A stretch of DNA of 63,936 nt, the filler included, from Octopus bimaculoides (lineage: Eukaryota), in the NCBI RefSeq assembly GCF_001194135.2. It is 4 parts of 3 records of this genome, joined end to end, with 100 filler letters (N's around TTAATTAATTAA, not from the genome) between each part and the next. Parts side by side here need not be neighbours in the genome. Positions count along the whole stretch, not along the records: positions 41,650 to 62,662 come from NC_068990.1; positions 62,763 to 63,936 come from NW_026403329.1; 2 more parts are not named here. One strand, written 5' to 3'. Shown here piece by piece: positions 52,555-63,936 of this stretch. The notes beneath the pieces were generated by a model. It was given only the letters and a program-made list of their open reading frames with translations, was not told the DNA's origin and did no database searches. Within the stretch, counting starts at the first letter, position 1, and each line of letters starts with the position of its first letter. Both the position numbers and the translations under genes were made by a program.

Positions 52555-52790
52555 TAGTAGAGCTGTAGATTTGCTGAATCATTAAAGTATTCACACAATA
52601 TACTTTGCAACAGTTCTTCTAGCTCTCTACATTCTCAGTTCAATCCCTACTAAGATCAACATTGCTTTTCATCCTTCCGATGTTGAGTCAGCAATTTGCA
52701 ATGGGTTGAAGTAATCAACTAAACTCTTTATCTCAAGAAAAATTGCTGGTTTTGTGCCTAAATAAGAAGTAGCTATTATTAGGAGTAATA
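52555..52790 (+). mobile_element. Degraded SINE family C copy
   Basis: CATTCTCAGTTCAATCCC..ATTGCTTTTCATCCTTCCGATGTTGA..GGTTTTGTGCCTA. Confidence 0.65.
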
Positions 52791-52922
52791 ATTTTGCTTA
52801 AGGAAAACAAAAGTCAGAATTCATTCTTTTAATACTAACTATAACAACATAATGATGAAATTAAATAAATATATTTCCATATGTAAATTGATACAATACT
52901 GTATTTTAAGAATATACATCTT

Positions 52923-53006
<84 letters not shown>

Positions 53007-54001
53007 NNNNNNNNNNNNNNNNNNNNNNNNNNNNNNNNNNNNNNNNNNNNNNNNNNNNNNNNNNNNNNNNNNNNNNNNNNNNNNNNNNNNNNNNNNNNNN
53101 NNNNNNNNNNNNNNNNNNNNNNNNNNNNNNNNNNNNNNNNNNNNNNNNNNNNNNNNNNNNNNNNNNNNNNNNNNNNNNNNNNNNNNNNNNNNNNNNNNNN
53201 NNNNNNNNNNNNNNNNNNNNNNNNNNNNNNNNNNNNNNNNNNNNNNNNNNNNNNNNNNNNNNNNNNNNNNNNNNNNNNNNNNNNNNNNNNNNNNNNNNNN
53301 NNNNNNNNNNNNNNNNNNNNNNATGCACATACAGCAAAATATATATTATGCATAAATAGATATACGCACATGAAACTGAAATGGTATGCAAAAAATGTAA
53401 AATGATTTATTAAAAAAAACATCTTAAGCTGCTAAGTTGACTAGGCTATAATTAACTCCTATGAATATTCAAGAGTGAAAAGTGAACATATTTTTAGAAG
53501 CCAATAATATATTTGTGAAATAATAAGCACATAGTTGTTCATTTACAACTTGTTTTTACTAATAATTTCAAACAAAATAATTCATTGAAATAATTTGCTC
53601 TGCATAGAAAAAAAAAAAAAAAAAAGTGAATCGGTAACTTCAATGTATTTAATTAATGAGCAGCAGAAAAAGAAAGGAAAGTTGAAAACGGATATGAAGT
53701 TCAAGAGAATAATTCGAAAGATAAGTACTGGAGCAATTACTGAAATAGAGATTTGTATTAATATTATCATCTGTATGTGTAATAAAGTTCCAATGACTTT
53801 GGTAACTGTCATATCAATCAAATTATTGTAAGAAATACTAAGTGAATCAATAAGAATCCATTCTTTTATTCAATAAATCACATTCATAACGAGCATCATA
53901 AAACATCCTGTAATATTTGTGACAGTCTAGAGGATTAACATCATTGCTGCACATTGCCATTTCAATGATTAGTTTCAGATAATATCGTGGAACGTAACTT
54001 T

Positions 54002-54039
<38 letters not shown>

Positions 54040-54148
54040 AAGAATTGGAGAGAGAAAGATAGATAGTGAACAATCATTGACAGTATCTAACAGGAAGAAT
54101 TAGTAATGACAGAATGGGTCTGTAGCAATAATGCAGAGGGAACTTGAA

Positions 54149-54290
54149 CATTCAATGTCTACTTCCCATGATGGCATAGGTTAGACAGTCTGACAGGGAA
54201 CTGGTGAGCTGCATCAAGCTCCAATGTTACCTTTGGCATGGTTTCTATAGTTAGGGGTTTCTATGGTTGAGGGGTTTCTATGGCTCAAGC
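54149..54290 (-). mobile_element. RTE-type 3' UTR fragment (minus)
   Basis: TTCCCATGATGGCATAGGTTAGAC...TTTGGCATGGTTTCTAT is the reverse complement of the 54594-54712 block. Confidence 0.7.
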
Positions 54291-54489
54291 ATGGTGGTAA
54301 AATGAAATGTCAGAGTAGGGTGTAGAATTAAAAAGAGGAACATATCAGAAACCCTCAAAGAATGCTTAAACAAACAGATATATAGATACGTAGAGAGACA
54401 GAGAAGTAGAAAGATAGATAAGTAGGTACATATAGAAACAGATGAATAAATTAATAGATTAATGCTTAAAGGGATACAAATTCAAGCTG

Positions 54490-54725
54490 GCAGAAGGCAT
54501 CTGTGCTGGTGATACATAAAAGGTATCTGTGCCAGTGACATGTAAAATGCACAGAGTACACACTTGAAGTTGTTGGCATGAGGAAGGGAATCCAGCCATA
54601 GAAACAATGCCAAATCATGGTTTCTGGAACCTGGTGCAGCTCTCTGGCTTACCAGTTCCAGTCAAACCATCTAACCCATGCCAGCATGGAAGACAGATGC
54701 TAAATGACAATGACAACGACGACGT
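54490..54725 (+). mobile_element. RTE-type 3' UTR fragment (plus)
   Basis: GTTGGCATGAGGAAGGGAATCCAGCCATAGAAAC..CTAACCCATGCCAGCATGGAA..TGACAATGAC tail. Confidence 0.75.
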
Positions 54726-56100
54726 GGATGATATTCAGTAAATTACCATGTAAAAACTTCCAGCTGTCCTCAAAGTTATAAGTCCCAATCATCTCCACCT
54801 CTTTATCATCTTGAATCACCTTAAACATATATTTAGCAGAGGGAATTTTTAGTTTCCACACATTCCTCCTCCAGGCTGTTATTTGTTTTTCTCACTGATT
54901 CTTATTCTAACGCCACTAACTAGGAGCCTGCATTAGATGATACATTTTCACAAGGAAAGGACTTAGTGTTTACAACAATTTGTCTATCTGGCTTGCATAT
55001 TCACTTGATTGGAAGGCAATAAAGTAGTTAATGGTTTTCCTAAAAATTTATGCGGCAAATAGTTAGCTCATTTGCATCATAGAACTCTAGAAGCCTTGAT
55101 TCCTCCTAATTTCTAGAACCATATCCATAATCATCAAGTACTCCAGAGTAACCATCATGGTGCACATTCAACTAATTTTGCAGTGAAAACCACGCTAACA
55201 TGCTCACACATATATAATGCTGTCAATATATATAAATTTTGAAAATTGGAACTTGAAAAGGAAAAATTTACTCCATAAAATATTATGAAAATTTTATGGG
55301 GGAAAGTAAAATGATGTCCAGCATATGAATATAGATATAAATATAATATGAATATAGATATAATATGAATACAGATATAAAATCATAAAAAAAAAAAAAA
55401 ACCCATTTCACTGTCTGACATTAACGGAAAGATCATATAAAAAGTAAAATAAAATATAAACTTGGACCTTGTTCATAATGTCTGATGAATTGGGTGAACA
55501 AATATTCTCGAACCAATTGTTTGTTTAGCTTTTTTTTTTTCTTGCTTTTTGGTAAGCAAAAGTGTCTCTGATTGAAGTCACCAATGTCTAAGTCCAAATT
55601 AGTAGCAACAACAACAATAACAAGAAAAATCACCACTGTAAATAGTATATCTAACTTTACATTATAAATATCTAAATATTTATTGAACTGTACAAACAAT
55701 AAAATTCATCATTTTTAGATGCATAGACACACACATACACATACACACACATGCACACACACAAAAGCACCCCCAAAAATAATAAAAATTATTAGTGTAA
55801 AAGAAATATTTTTATGGGAAAAATTTGTCATAATTAGTGTTTCATATTCAAGAAGTTCTGTCTGATATTTTATTCATTAATATAGAATTTGAAATTTGAA
55901 AAGTGGAAAAAAAAAAGACAAATTAACAAGCAAAATGAAAAATAATTTACAGTAATTACCAAGTGATGTTATTTATCACAGAATGACAGAGAATGTGATT
56001 AAAGGGATAATTATTACCTAGAAAGCAATCAATTTCTTGTTATTAGTTGATTATTATTATTATTATTATTACTGTTTCCTATTTACACAACAGATTAGAC

Positions 56101-56167
<67 letters not shown>

Positions 56168-56451
56168 ATATAGTTTTATAGTTATAATTTTTAAGTCACA
56201 CCTGCCAAGCATGTATATAAAGAAGTGGAACATAGTAATCAAAGAATGGTAGTTCTTGGTATTTATATTTAAGTGAATTAAAAGTTAAGTCAATAACAGT
56301 CATTAACAAGATATCATAAGAAATAAATGTCAGAAGAACAAACAAAAAGACATTAATCAGAGTGCAACAAAACTATGCTACACATAGATAGGCTGGGGTT
56401 TCAGATTCAAGTTTTGTGTGAAACGTAAGTAGAATATAATGATCATAGTGA

Positions 56452-56491
<40 letters not shown>

Positions 56492-56764
56492 TGAGAAAAG
56501 GAAGAAAATGGAGAAATTGAAATGCAGACATTAGTTTATTTAAAGATATTCAAATCCATATAATGAAATTCCAATCCTACAGCCGTTTCCATATCCAATT
56601 AGGTCAATTACAGAAATTAAATTAAATTAATTTAATTGAATCTGAATCTTCATATTGAAACTGATTAATTGGGTATTTCTTCAGGGAAGAATTCTCCCAA
56701 AAGGGAGTTACATTTCAATGTGTTGGTTGACCGACGACAGACTCAGATGTGTGCGTTTTAGAAT

Positions 56765-56797
<33 letters not shown>

Positions 56798-56835
56798 CAT
56801 ACACACGCCTGCATGACCACACATACATACATATA

Positions 56836-57670
56836 AAGGTGCAAGTGTGGATCTGTGGTAAGAAGCTTGCTTCTTAACTAAATGGTTCCAGGTTCAATCA
56901 CATTGCATGGTACCTTCAGCAAGTATTTTCTACTATAGCCTCAGGCTGGCCAAAGCCTTATGAGCAGATTTGGTAGACTGAAGCTGAAAGAAACCCATTG
57001 TATATAAACATGTGTGTGTGTGTGTCTGTGTGTGCAGTGTGTGCGTGTATTTCTGTTTGTCCTCAACTGCTTTGTGACATCCAGTGTTAGCTTGTTTATG
57101 ATACTGTAGCGAGGCACAAAGAACCCAGTGCCATTTTGAAACAGTGAGAGCTCGCCTGCAACTATTGCCATTTGCAGGACAAAAACGAGATTTTGCCTGC
57201 AATCATTATTTAAGGAAAAGACAACAACATTTTCCCTCTCATTTTTCTTCTCATGCTGATGCCAAGCAAGACTTCGAAGCAAGGAGCTCACAGCAGCCTT
57301 TTGTCCTGCTGTGATACCATACGCATTGTCTCCAGGGGTTATTAAATGTCACATGTACAGGAGAGAAGGCTAACTATGCACTGCTGTGAAGATGGTTACT
57401 GAAAGCAAACCCCTTGTATGAAGCACCTGTGAATAAACGCTTATTGAATTTACTCCACCTGAGAATTCATTCTTCGTACTTCCAGCTCCTTGAATCAATA
57501 GAATAATTATAATGAAGAAGAAGATACCCCAAAAGTATCATAAAAACCTTCCTTCCATTATAATATCATAACTGAGTAGTTTGGCAAAAGAAACTGATAG
57601 AATAAGAAACAGGCTTAAAAAGAAAACATGCCCAGGTGTTGATTTGTTTAACTTAAAGCCTTCACAGTGA
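56836..57670 (+). mobile_element. SINE family B copy split by a roughly 460-bp insertion
   Basis: SINE blocks at 56836-57104 and 57566-57670 are colinear with the family consensus on either side of unrelated sequence. Confidence 0.75.
57105..57568 (+). mobile_element. Solo-LTR-like insertion
   Basis: Begins TGTAGCG, contains AATAAA at about 57433 and can end ...ATATCA. The TSD is ambiguous. Confidence 0.35.
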
Positions 57671-57714
57671 AAGTATCCAATTGATTTATGACTTTACTTA
57701 TATATAAGTTTAAA

Positions 57715-57815
57715 CCCACCGTGCTACACCTTGGGCAAGTACCTTCTGCTATAACCCCAAGCCAACCAAGGGCTGGTAGGTGAATTTAATAGATGGAAAC
57801 TGAAAAAGCCCATTT
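57715..57815 (+). mobile_element. Partial SINE family B copy
   Basis: CACCTTGGGCAAGTACCTTCTGCTATA..AGATGGAAACTGAAAAAGCCC. Confidence 0.75.
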
Positions 57816-58585
57816 TGTGTGTGTGTGTGTATTTGTATTTTGTATGTATGTACATATGTATGTATATATGTGTATGTATGCGTATATGTGTGTATCTGTG
57901 TGTTTGCTTATGTTTATGCTCAACAAAAGTTTTGAGCAATGAGTAGTGGTGTTGTCACCTCTTTTAAGAAATCATCTGCTTCCTTTGCACAGATATCCTC
58001 ATTGAAAAACAGGTAAGGATTAGTGACAAGAAGAACTGTAAAGTATTCATCTAACCCATGCTGAGATGGAAAAAACAGAAGCAAAAACAAATGAACAAAT
58101 AACTGATATCTAGCCAAATATTTCAAACTATATTGGCTGAACTCTTGTATATACAATAGATTGTTTCAGACAATATTACACTGAGGAGCCTTCTGTTCCA
58201 TCCTGTAGGCTACGATATATTTTCTGAATATAAAACACTTTCTGAATAATTTTGTCTTTAATAAACAATCATAGATGGAGACAGATAAAGATGATTTTAA
58301 CTCTTCACTTGTAATTTTACATTCATTGAGACACAACTTCTTTCCAATGACTAAATATATCTTAGAAATTCATATGTTGCTATAAATTATAATATTAAAG
58401 TATTTGGTATATTATCAATAAATAATATTCCTAAAATCACCATAGACCACACAAAACATCCCAGAATGTCATATATTGCTTCAGGCAATTAACTGTGTAG
58501 GAAGAATGGCTACATACACACACCTACGCACATTATGCATAAATTCAAGCATAAAACCAAGAATAAAACAATTTAATAAGTAGAT

Positions 58586-59483
58586 AGATTCATTTCAACA
58601 CTGATATTTGTCTGTTAGAAGCAACAGACTTTCAGATTGCCCTTTCTGTTTCCACAGAATTCTGGATATAATCTAGTTCTGACAGAAAGTTCCCAAAAAA
58701 AATTATAATTTTAACATTTCTGAAATGAACAGGTAATATTCACTGAAGCATTGATGACAACTGAAGTAATTTATTAAAAAATATTATGAATGTAATTCTT
58801 ATATCATTCCTCTCACAAGTATTTTGCAGCCAAAATATATTCTTACATACAAATAGAGTCTTTCTTTTATAAATGCTTTGATTTAAAAAGTAGGAAACAT
58901 TTTGTTGTTTTTGAGGAAGATTTTATACAAACATTTACAATGTCAATTGAAAAAATATATTTACATAGGTGCAGGTGTGACTGTGGGGCAATATGTTTCT
59001 TTGTAACTACATGGTTCCATGTTCTGTCCCACTGTGTGACACATTGAGCAAGTATCTTCTACTATAGCCTTGGGCTAACCAAAGCCTTCTAAGTGGATTT
59101 AGTAGATGGAAACCGGAAAAAAAAGCCTGTCGTATATATGTCTGTATGTATGTATGTGTGTTTACATCTATGTGTGGGTGTCTTTGTGCATGTTTGTCCT
59201 CCATCACCACTTGACAACTGGTGTTGTGGCATTTACATCCCCGTAACTTAGTGGTTTGGCAAAAGATACTGATAGAATAAGTATCAGGTTTAAACAAAAA
59301 TAAAATAAGTAATGGGGTCAATTCATTCAACTAAAAACTCTTCAGGGTGGTGCCCCAGCTTGGCCACAGTCTGATGATTGAAACAAATAAGTCGAGAGAT
59401 TCATTTCAACACTGATATTTGTCTGTTAGAAGCAATAGACTTTCAGATTGCCCTTTCTGTTCCACAGAATTCTGGATATAATC
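58586..59483 (+). repeat. 88-bp direct duplication (58586-58673 and 59397-59483)
   Basis: The copies are identical except for one C/T change and a 1-nt indel. Confidence 0.92.
58965..59390 (+). mobile_element. Full-length SINE family B copy
   Basis: ATAGGTGCAGGTGTGACTGTGG head to GATTGAAACAAATAAG tail; CpG-decayed. Confidence 0.88.
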
Positions 59484-60731
59484 ACGTAAAGGTATGTAGT
59501 TGTAATGGACACTGTTTGGCCAAGAAAAATAAGCTCTACAGAGTTATGTACTCCTATCTCAGGTCCCAATACAATGGCTATGACCTGGTTTGAATTCAAA
59601 ATCATGAAGTCAATATTCCAACAACTTAACTTTCCCGGTATGTTATACAAGGATACATATGGAAGAATAATAAAAACTGGCTTTCATGACACAGATTGAA
59701 TAACTTCACTTGACAATGGATTAAAAGTTATTTCCTAAAGTCTAATAGAATAATAGCATTGATGAAATCAACAAGGATTAACAAAGGTTACAACGATAGG
59801 TGTTTGATATTAGTTTTAGACTATCTGCATATCTGAATATCACTTACATCGTATGCTTTGCTACATGCTGCAAATAATATTTGGTCTAAATGTAACTGAC
59901 TTACACTTGAATACATCATCGAAGAACAACAAATGGTGAATGTGGCATTCACATTATCGTAACTGAAAGTTTGCAAAATAATAATCTTCAAGTAGCTAAG
60001 CTGAAGTTTATTTCCCTGCAAACGGTATGTAACCAATATCTTTTGGATTTCTCCAAGAAGCCAATAAAATTATTTCAAAAAGATTTTTCTGGGACAAATA
60101 AAAGATGTAAAGAAAATGGAAAGTTTTAGGAAAAATATCAAATAATAGCTATTGCTAACAGTAAGCTCAGTTCTAGGTGGAAAGTGTTTGGGAAAGAGTG
60201 ACTGAGAGATTTGATGTGCACGTGAGTTTGTGTGTGTTATGTACACATTGTAAAGGGTTATACTGTGTTAATGGGTACTGTCTTGCAATCTTATATAGAA
60301 GTACAAATTCAGCTACAATAGAAATCTGTGGAGAAATGATGGTAGAAGTGAAGAAAAAGGAAATTACTTGCGCAATAACAATGTTTGGATAAAATCCATC
60401 TAAGTGAATATAACATTATGTACAGAAACATTCATAGTGAAAGCTGAGATGACAAATGGATGAAATTATAGTCTAACAGAAAGACATTAAATAAATATAG
60501 CACAAAAATGGAAAAAACTTTCTGGATATTTATAAGATGGTAGAAAATGTTTAGAAATATTTTTCACTGACAATTATTGTATATTTTTTCATCCATTTCC
60601 TGGTGTTCAAATTAAGTAGAGCAAAAACAGAGTAGCAATAAGTAAACTGCTACATGTTTTCAACATTATGCTGCTATAATTAAATGTTGGAAAAGATACT
60701 AGTGAAATTGGGTGATATTATTTAAAGCCTT

Positions 60732-61190
60732 TTAAGATGGTGAGCTGGCAGAGTCATTAGTATGCTAGATAACATGTTTAGCAGTATTTTATCTGCCTTT
60801 ATGTTCTGAGATCAAATTCTGCCGAGGGCAGTTTTGCCTTTTATTGATTTAGGGTTGGTAAAATAAGTACCAGTCAAGTACTATGGTCGATGTAATCAAC
60901 TAGACCACTCCCCATAAAATTTCAAGCTATGTGCCTATGGCACAAAGGATTACTAAAAGCCTTTTTAAGGTGGCAAGCAGCAATCAGACAGAATCATTCC
61001 TGCACTGGAAAAAATGCTTTGTGGCATTTCGTCTGTCTTTATGTTCTGATTTCAAATTCTATTGAGGTTTATTTTTGCCTTTCATCCCTTTGGATTTCAT
61101 GAAATAAGTACCAGTTGAATACTGGGGTTGATATAATTGACTAGCCCAACTCCATCAAAATTTTTGGTTTTGTACCTATAGTAAGAAAAG
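60732..61190 (+). mobile_element. Head-to-tail pair of SINE family C copies
   Basis: Copies at about 60737-60955 and 60970-61186. Confidence 0.85.
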
Positions 61191-61954
61191 CCTCCCCCCC
61201 CCCTCTTCTAGTCAGGAGGATAAACAGTGCCCTTGACACCTTTATGGGTCTGCAAGACTGGTGGCAGGGAGAAATGTAGGTATCCTTCAACCAGAGACCT
61301 GATCTGAACGTTTTACTAAAGGCTAAGTGATGGTGGCGGACAATGTTTGCTACCTAAGGAGGCCATTATGAGATTTGAACTCACAAAGCAAAAATCCAGA
61401 ACAAATGCTACAAGGTATCTCATCTGGTGTTCTTATAGTCCTGCCAATCCAGCATCTTTCTTATCAACCCTAAAAAATATGAAAGGCAAAATTAATGGAG
61501 AAGGGCTAAAACTTCATGCGTCTTTAGAAACATATGAAGATTTTCATTTTTACAGAAATAGTTTTAAACTTAGCTTCTAAAATAACTGAGCGGTCAAAAG
61601 ACAGTTTTAGAAAATTATTTTATAATAGTTAGAGAAAAATAGAATTTCTAGTGATTTTGTATCTAACTGGCGGAGTAAAAGGTGAAGTAAGAGGAGAGAC
61701 TGATGTTGCAATGAAAATGTTAAGACAGACAGCTTTACATGTTGATTGCATTGAAACATTTTGTATTTGTCATTTATAAATGGAATATCTTTGTATTTTG
61801 AGAAAAGCCTGAAGTTGAAAAGTACCATGGTTTCAGTCTGTATCCAAAAGTTTAGAAATCCACCGAAGATTTCTAGGCTCAAAGTCTTGTACAATACCAT
61901 GAAACAATCAGCTGAAGCAAAGAAGACATATATATATGTGTGTGTGTGTGTGTG

Positions 61955-62000
<46 letters not shown>

Positions 62001-62662
62001 NNNNNNNNNNNNNNNNNNNNNNNNNNNNNNNNNNNNNNNNNNNNNNNNNNNNNNNNNNNNNNNNNNNNNNNNNNNNNNNNNNNNNNNNNNNNNNNNNNNN
62101 NNNNNNNNNNNNNNNNNNNNNNNNNNNNNNNNNNATATAGGGAGAATTTACAAAAAAAAAACAAAAGACGAAGACAGGTGGTGTAGACAACAAACAGATG
62201 TATTAGTTAAACACTTGGGAAGTGAAAAAGTCTTTAAGATTTCAGGCCTATGCTCTTCCACAGAAAGGAACACAGAAAGAAACAAGGAGAGAAAATAAAA
62301 AATGTGTAGTGGCTAGTGATTTATCATGGTGAATGCTGGACAGAGGGGTCACACAAGAGAGCTAGGAAGAAGGGGAGATAATAAAGTGGTGGTGATGCCA
62401 AAACGAAGGTGTGTGTGTGTGTGTGTGTATAAGAGAGCATGTATGTGTGTGTGGAAGAGGGCTGGTGACCTTGACGTGTGCATGTGTGTATGTGTAGGCG
62501 TGTGGATGTGGGGCTGGGAATTGGTCAGTGTTAGTGTGTGCGTGGTGGTGTGATGTGATGTGGTGTTGTGTGGTATGGTGGTGTATGGTGTAGTGGTGTG
62601 TGGTGTGATGGTATTGGGATGTGGGGGATGCGAGAGTGATGAAAGCAAGGGTGAGGTGTGGG

Positions 62663-62762
62663 NNNNNNNNNNNNNNNNNNNNNNNNNNNNNNNNNNNNNN
62701 NNNNNNTTAATTAATTAANNNNNNNNNNNNNNNNNNNNNNNNNNNNNNNNNNNNNNNNNNNN
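62663..62762. other. Artificial scaffold join (44N + TTAATTAATTAA + 44N)
   Basis: Linker at 62707-62718. Confidence 0.95.
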
Positions 62763-63039
62763 ATATAGAAACTACAAGATATTCATAGAGAATGTTATGA
62801 AATGTGATATGATTAGAAGTACGAATGGGTAAATTTAAGTATGAACTCTTGAATATATCAGTTGTCTCTGTCAATAATGATTATCTAACTGTATCATAAA
62901 ACTCACGTTTCATTAATTTCTTCTCCCTTGTTGATTTTATATTTCATTATTTTGAATAATTTATCTATATATTCTTTGTGTGTGAAGTTGAGTGGCATAT
63001 TAATTAGCGTGTTGCATTTACGATTGCAAAATTGTTGCT

Positions 63040-63260
63040 TTGGTTTCAAAGCTGAGTGGTTAGTTGTGTTCTTGAGCAGAACATTTGATTTTACTTTGAC
63101 AGCTGAAATGTGGAACCCTGTGCACCTATACAGACAATGTCAATTTGATGGAGGGAGGGAGCTGCACAGCACAAACATTTGATGACTATAGACAACTCCC
63201 TGGAGAATGCTGTTCAGTAAGAAGTTGCAGAACCCTCATTTGTCATTAACGATAGAAGTG
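63040..63260 (+). mobile_element. Degraded SINE-like fragment with TTGTGTTCTTGAGCA body
   Basis: The body motif resembles family A' (GTGTCCTTGAGCAAG); the remainder is old and diverged. Confidence 0.4.
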
Positions 63261-63936
63261 GCTACCATATTTTATAAATACGATATATATATATTTGGGC
63301 AGGTGGGAAAATTAGGGTGTGTTTGAAGTACAAACCCATTTTTTGTTTTTCTAATTTTACACTCCCATGGATTATTGTTATATCTGAATAGTAGTAAGTG
63401 GCACCTGAAAAGTAGTGACATCTGAATAATAGTGGACGACATACTTTTCGTGATGTAAGTATAATAAAGCAGGGATACTTTTTCCTGAAACTTAGCAGTG
63501 CTAATCTTTATTTGTCATTAATATTTGTTAAAGAACAGTTATATTTCTAAATTCATTTGCCTGTACTTTGATTGTGAATGTGTGTATAGAAACAAATAAT
63601 GACAAAGTGATAGTGGAAGACAATGTGATAAGGAAAGACCAAGACAGAGAAAGGAATAAGAGAAATAATTCAGAGAAATAATAAGGAATGAGAGAAATAA
63701 TTCAGAAACGTCAGTGAAATATTATCAACAAGTCTGATCCAACTTACAAGTGTTTTAAATTGCTAAGACCTTGGAAAGACTCTTTTTTAATAGTCGTGAT
63801 TTCATTTTGGCTGAGATCTCTGAAATATAAAAGAAGTTCATAAGTAATATATGAGAATTGTGGAAATTTATGATGAAATATTAAATATTCTTTTCTACTC
63901 TAGACACAAGGCCCGAAATTTTGAGAGAAAGGGCCA

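Noticed and set aside
61607-61930. Open frames on both strands (about 105 codons on minus)
   Set aside because: No recognisable motif, weak splice sites and no compositional support; compatible with chance.

Overview
Eukaryotic, AT-rich, gap-ridden genomic sequence. It is almost certainly from an octopod cephalopod; this is inferred from the SINE families and the extreme (AT)n/(GT)n/(ATT)n/(GATA)n microsatellite load, and was not checked by database search. No intact protein-coding gene, rRNA, true tRNA or CRISPR array can be supported. The window is dominated by three groups of tRNA-derived SINEs (about 25 copies), decayed LINE fragments (CR1/L2-like, RTE, R4/Dong-type), Penelope-like element (PLE) fragments and Tc1/mariner relics, including an internally deleted DD37D maT element with both TIRs. 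Three identical 100-bp spacers (44N-TTAATTAATTAA-44N) are artificial six-frame-stop joins, so the window is four segments of unproven adjacency. The best leads are: a near-canonical minimal hammerhead ribozyme in a PLE-type repeat (5399-5443, minus strand); a sharp CpG-decay and SINE-orientation contrast between segments, suggesting that 41650-62662 is a methylated gene body; modular SINEs sharing a 3' tail; several fold-back structures; and weak candidate exons in the CpG-depleted segment. I did not find a convincing new multi-gene system.
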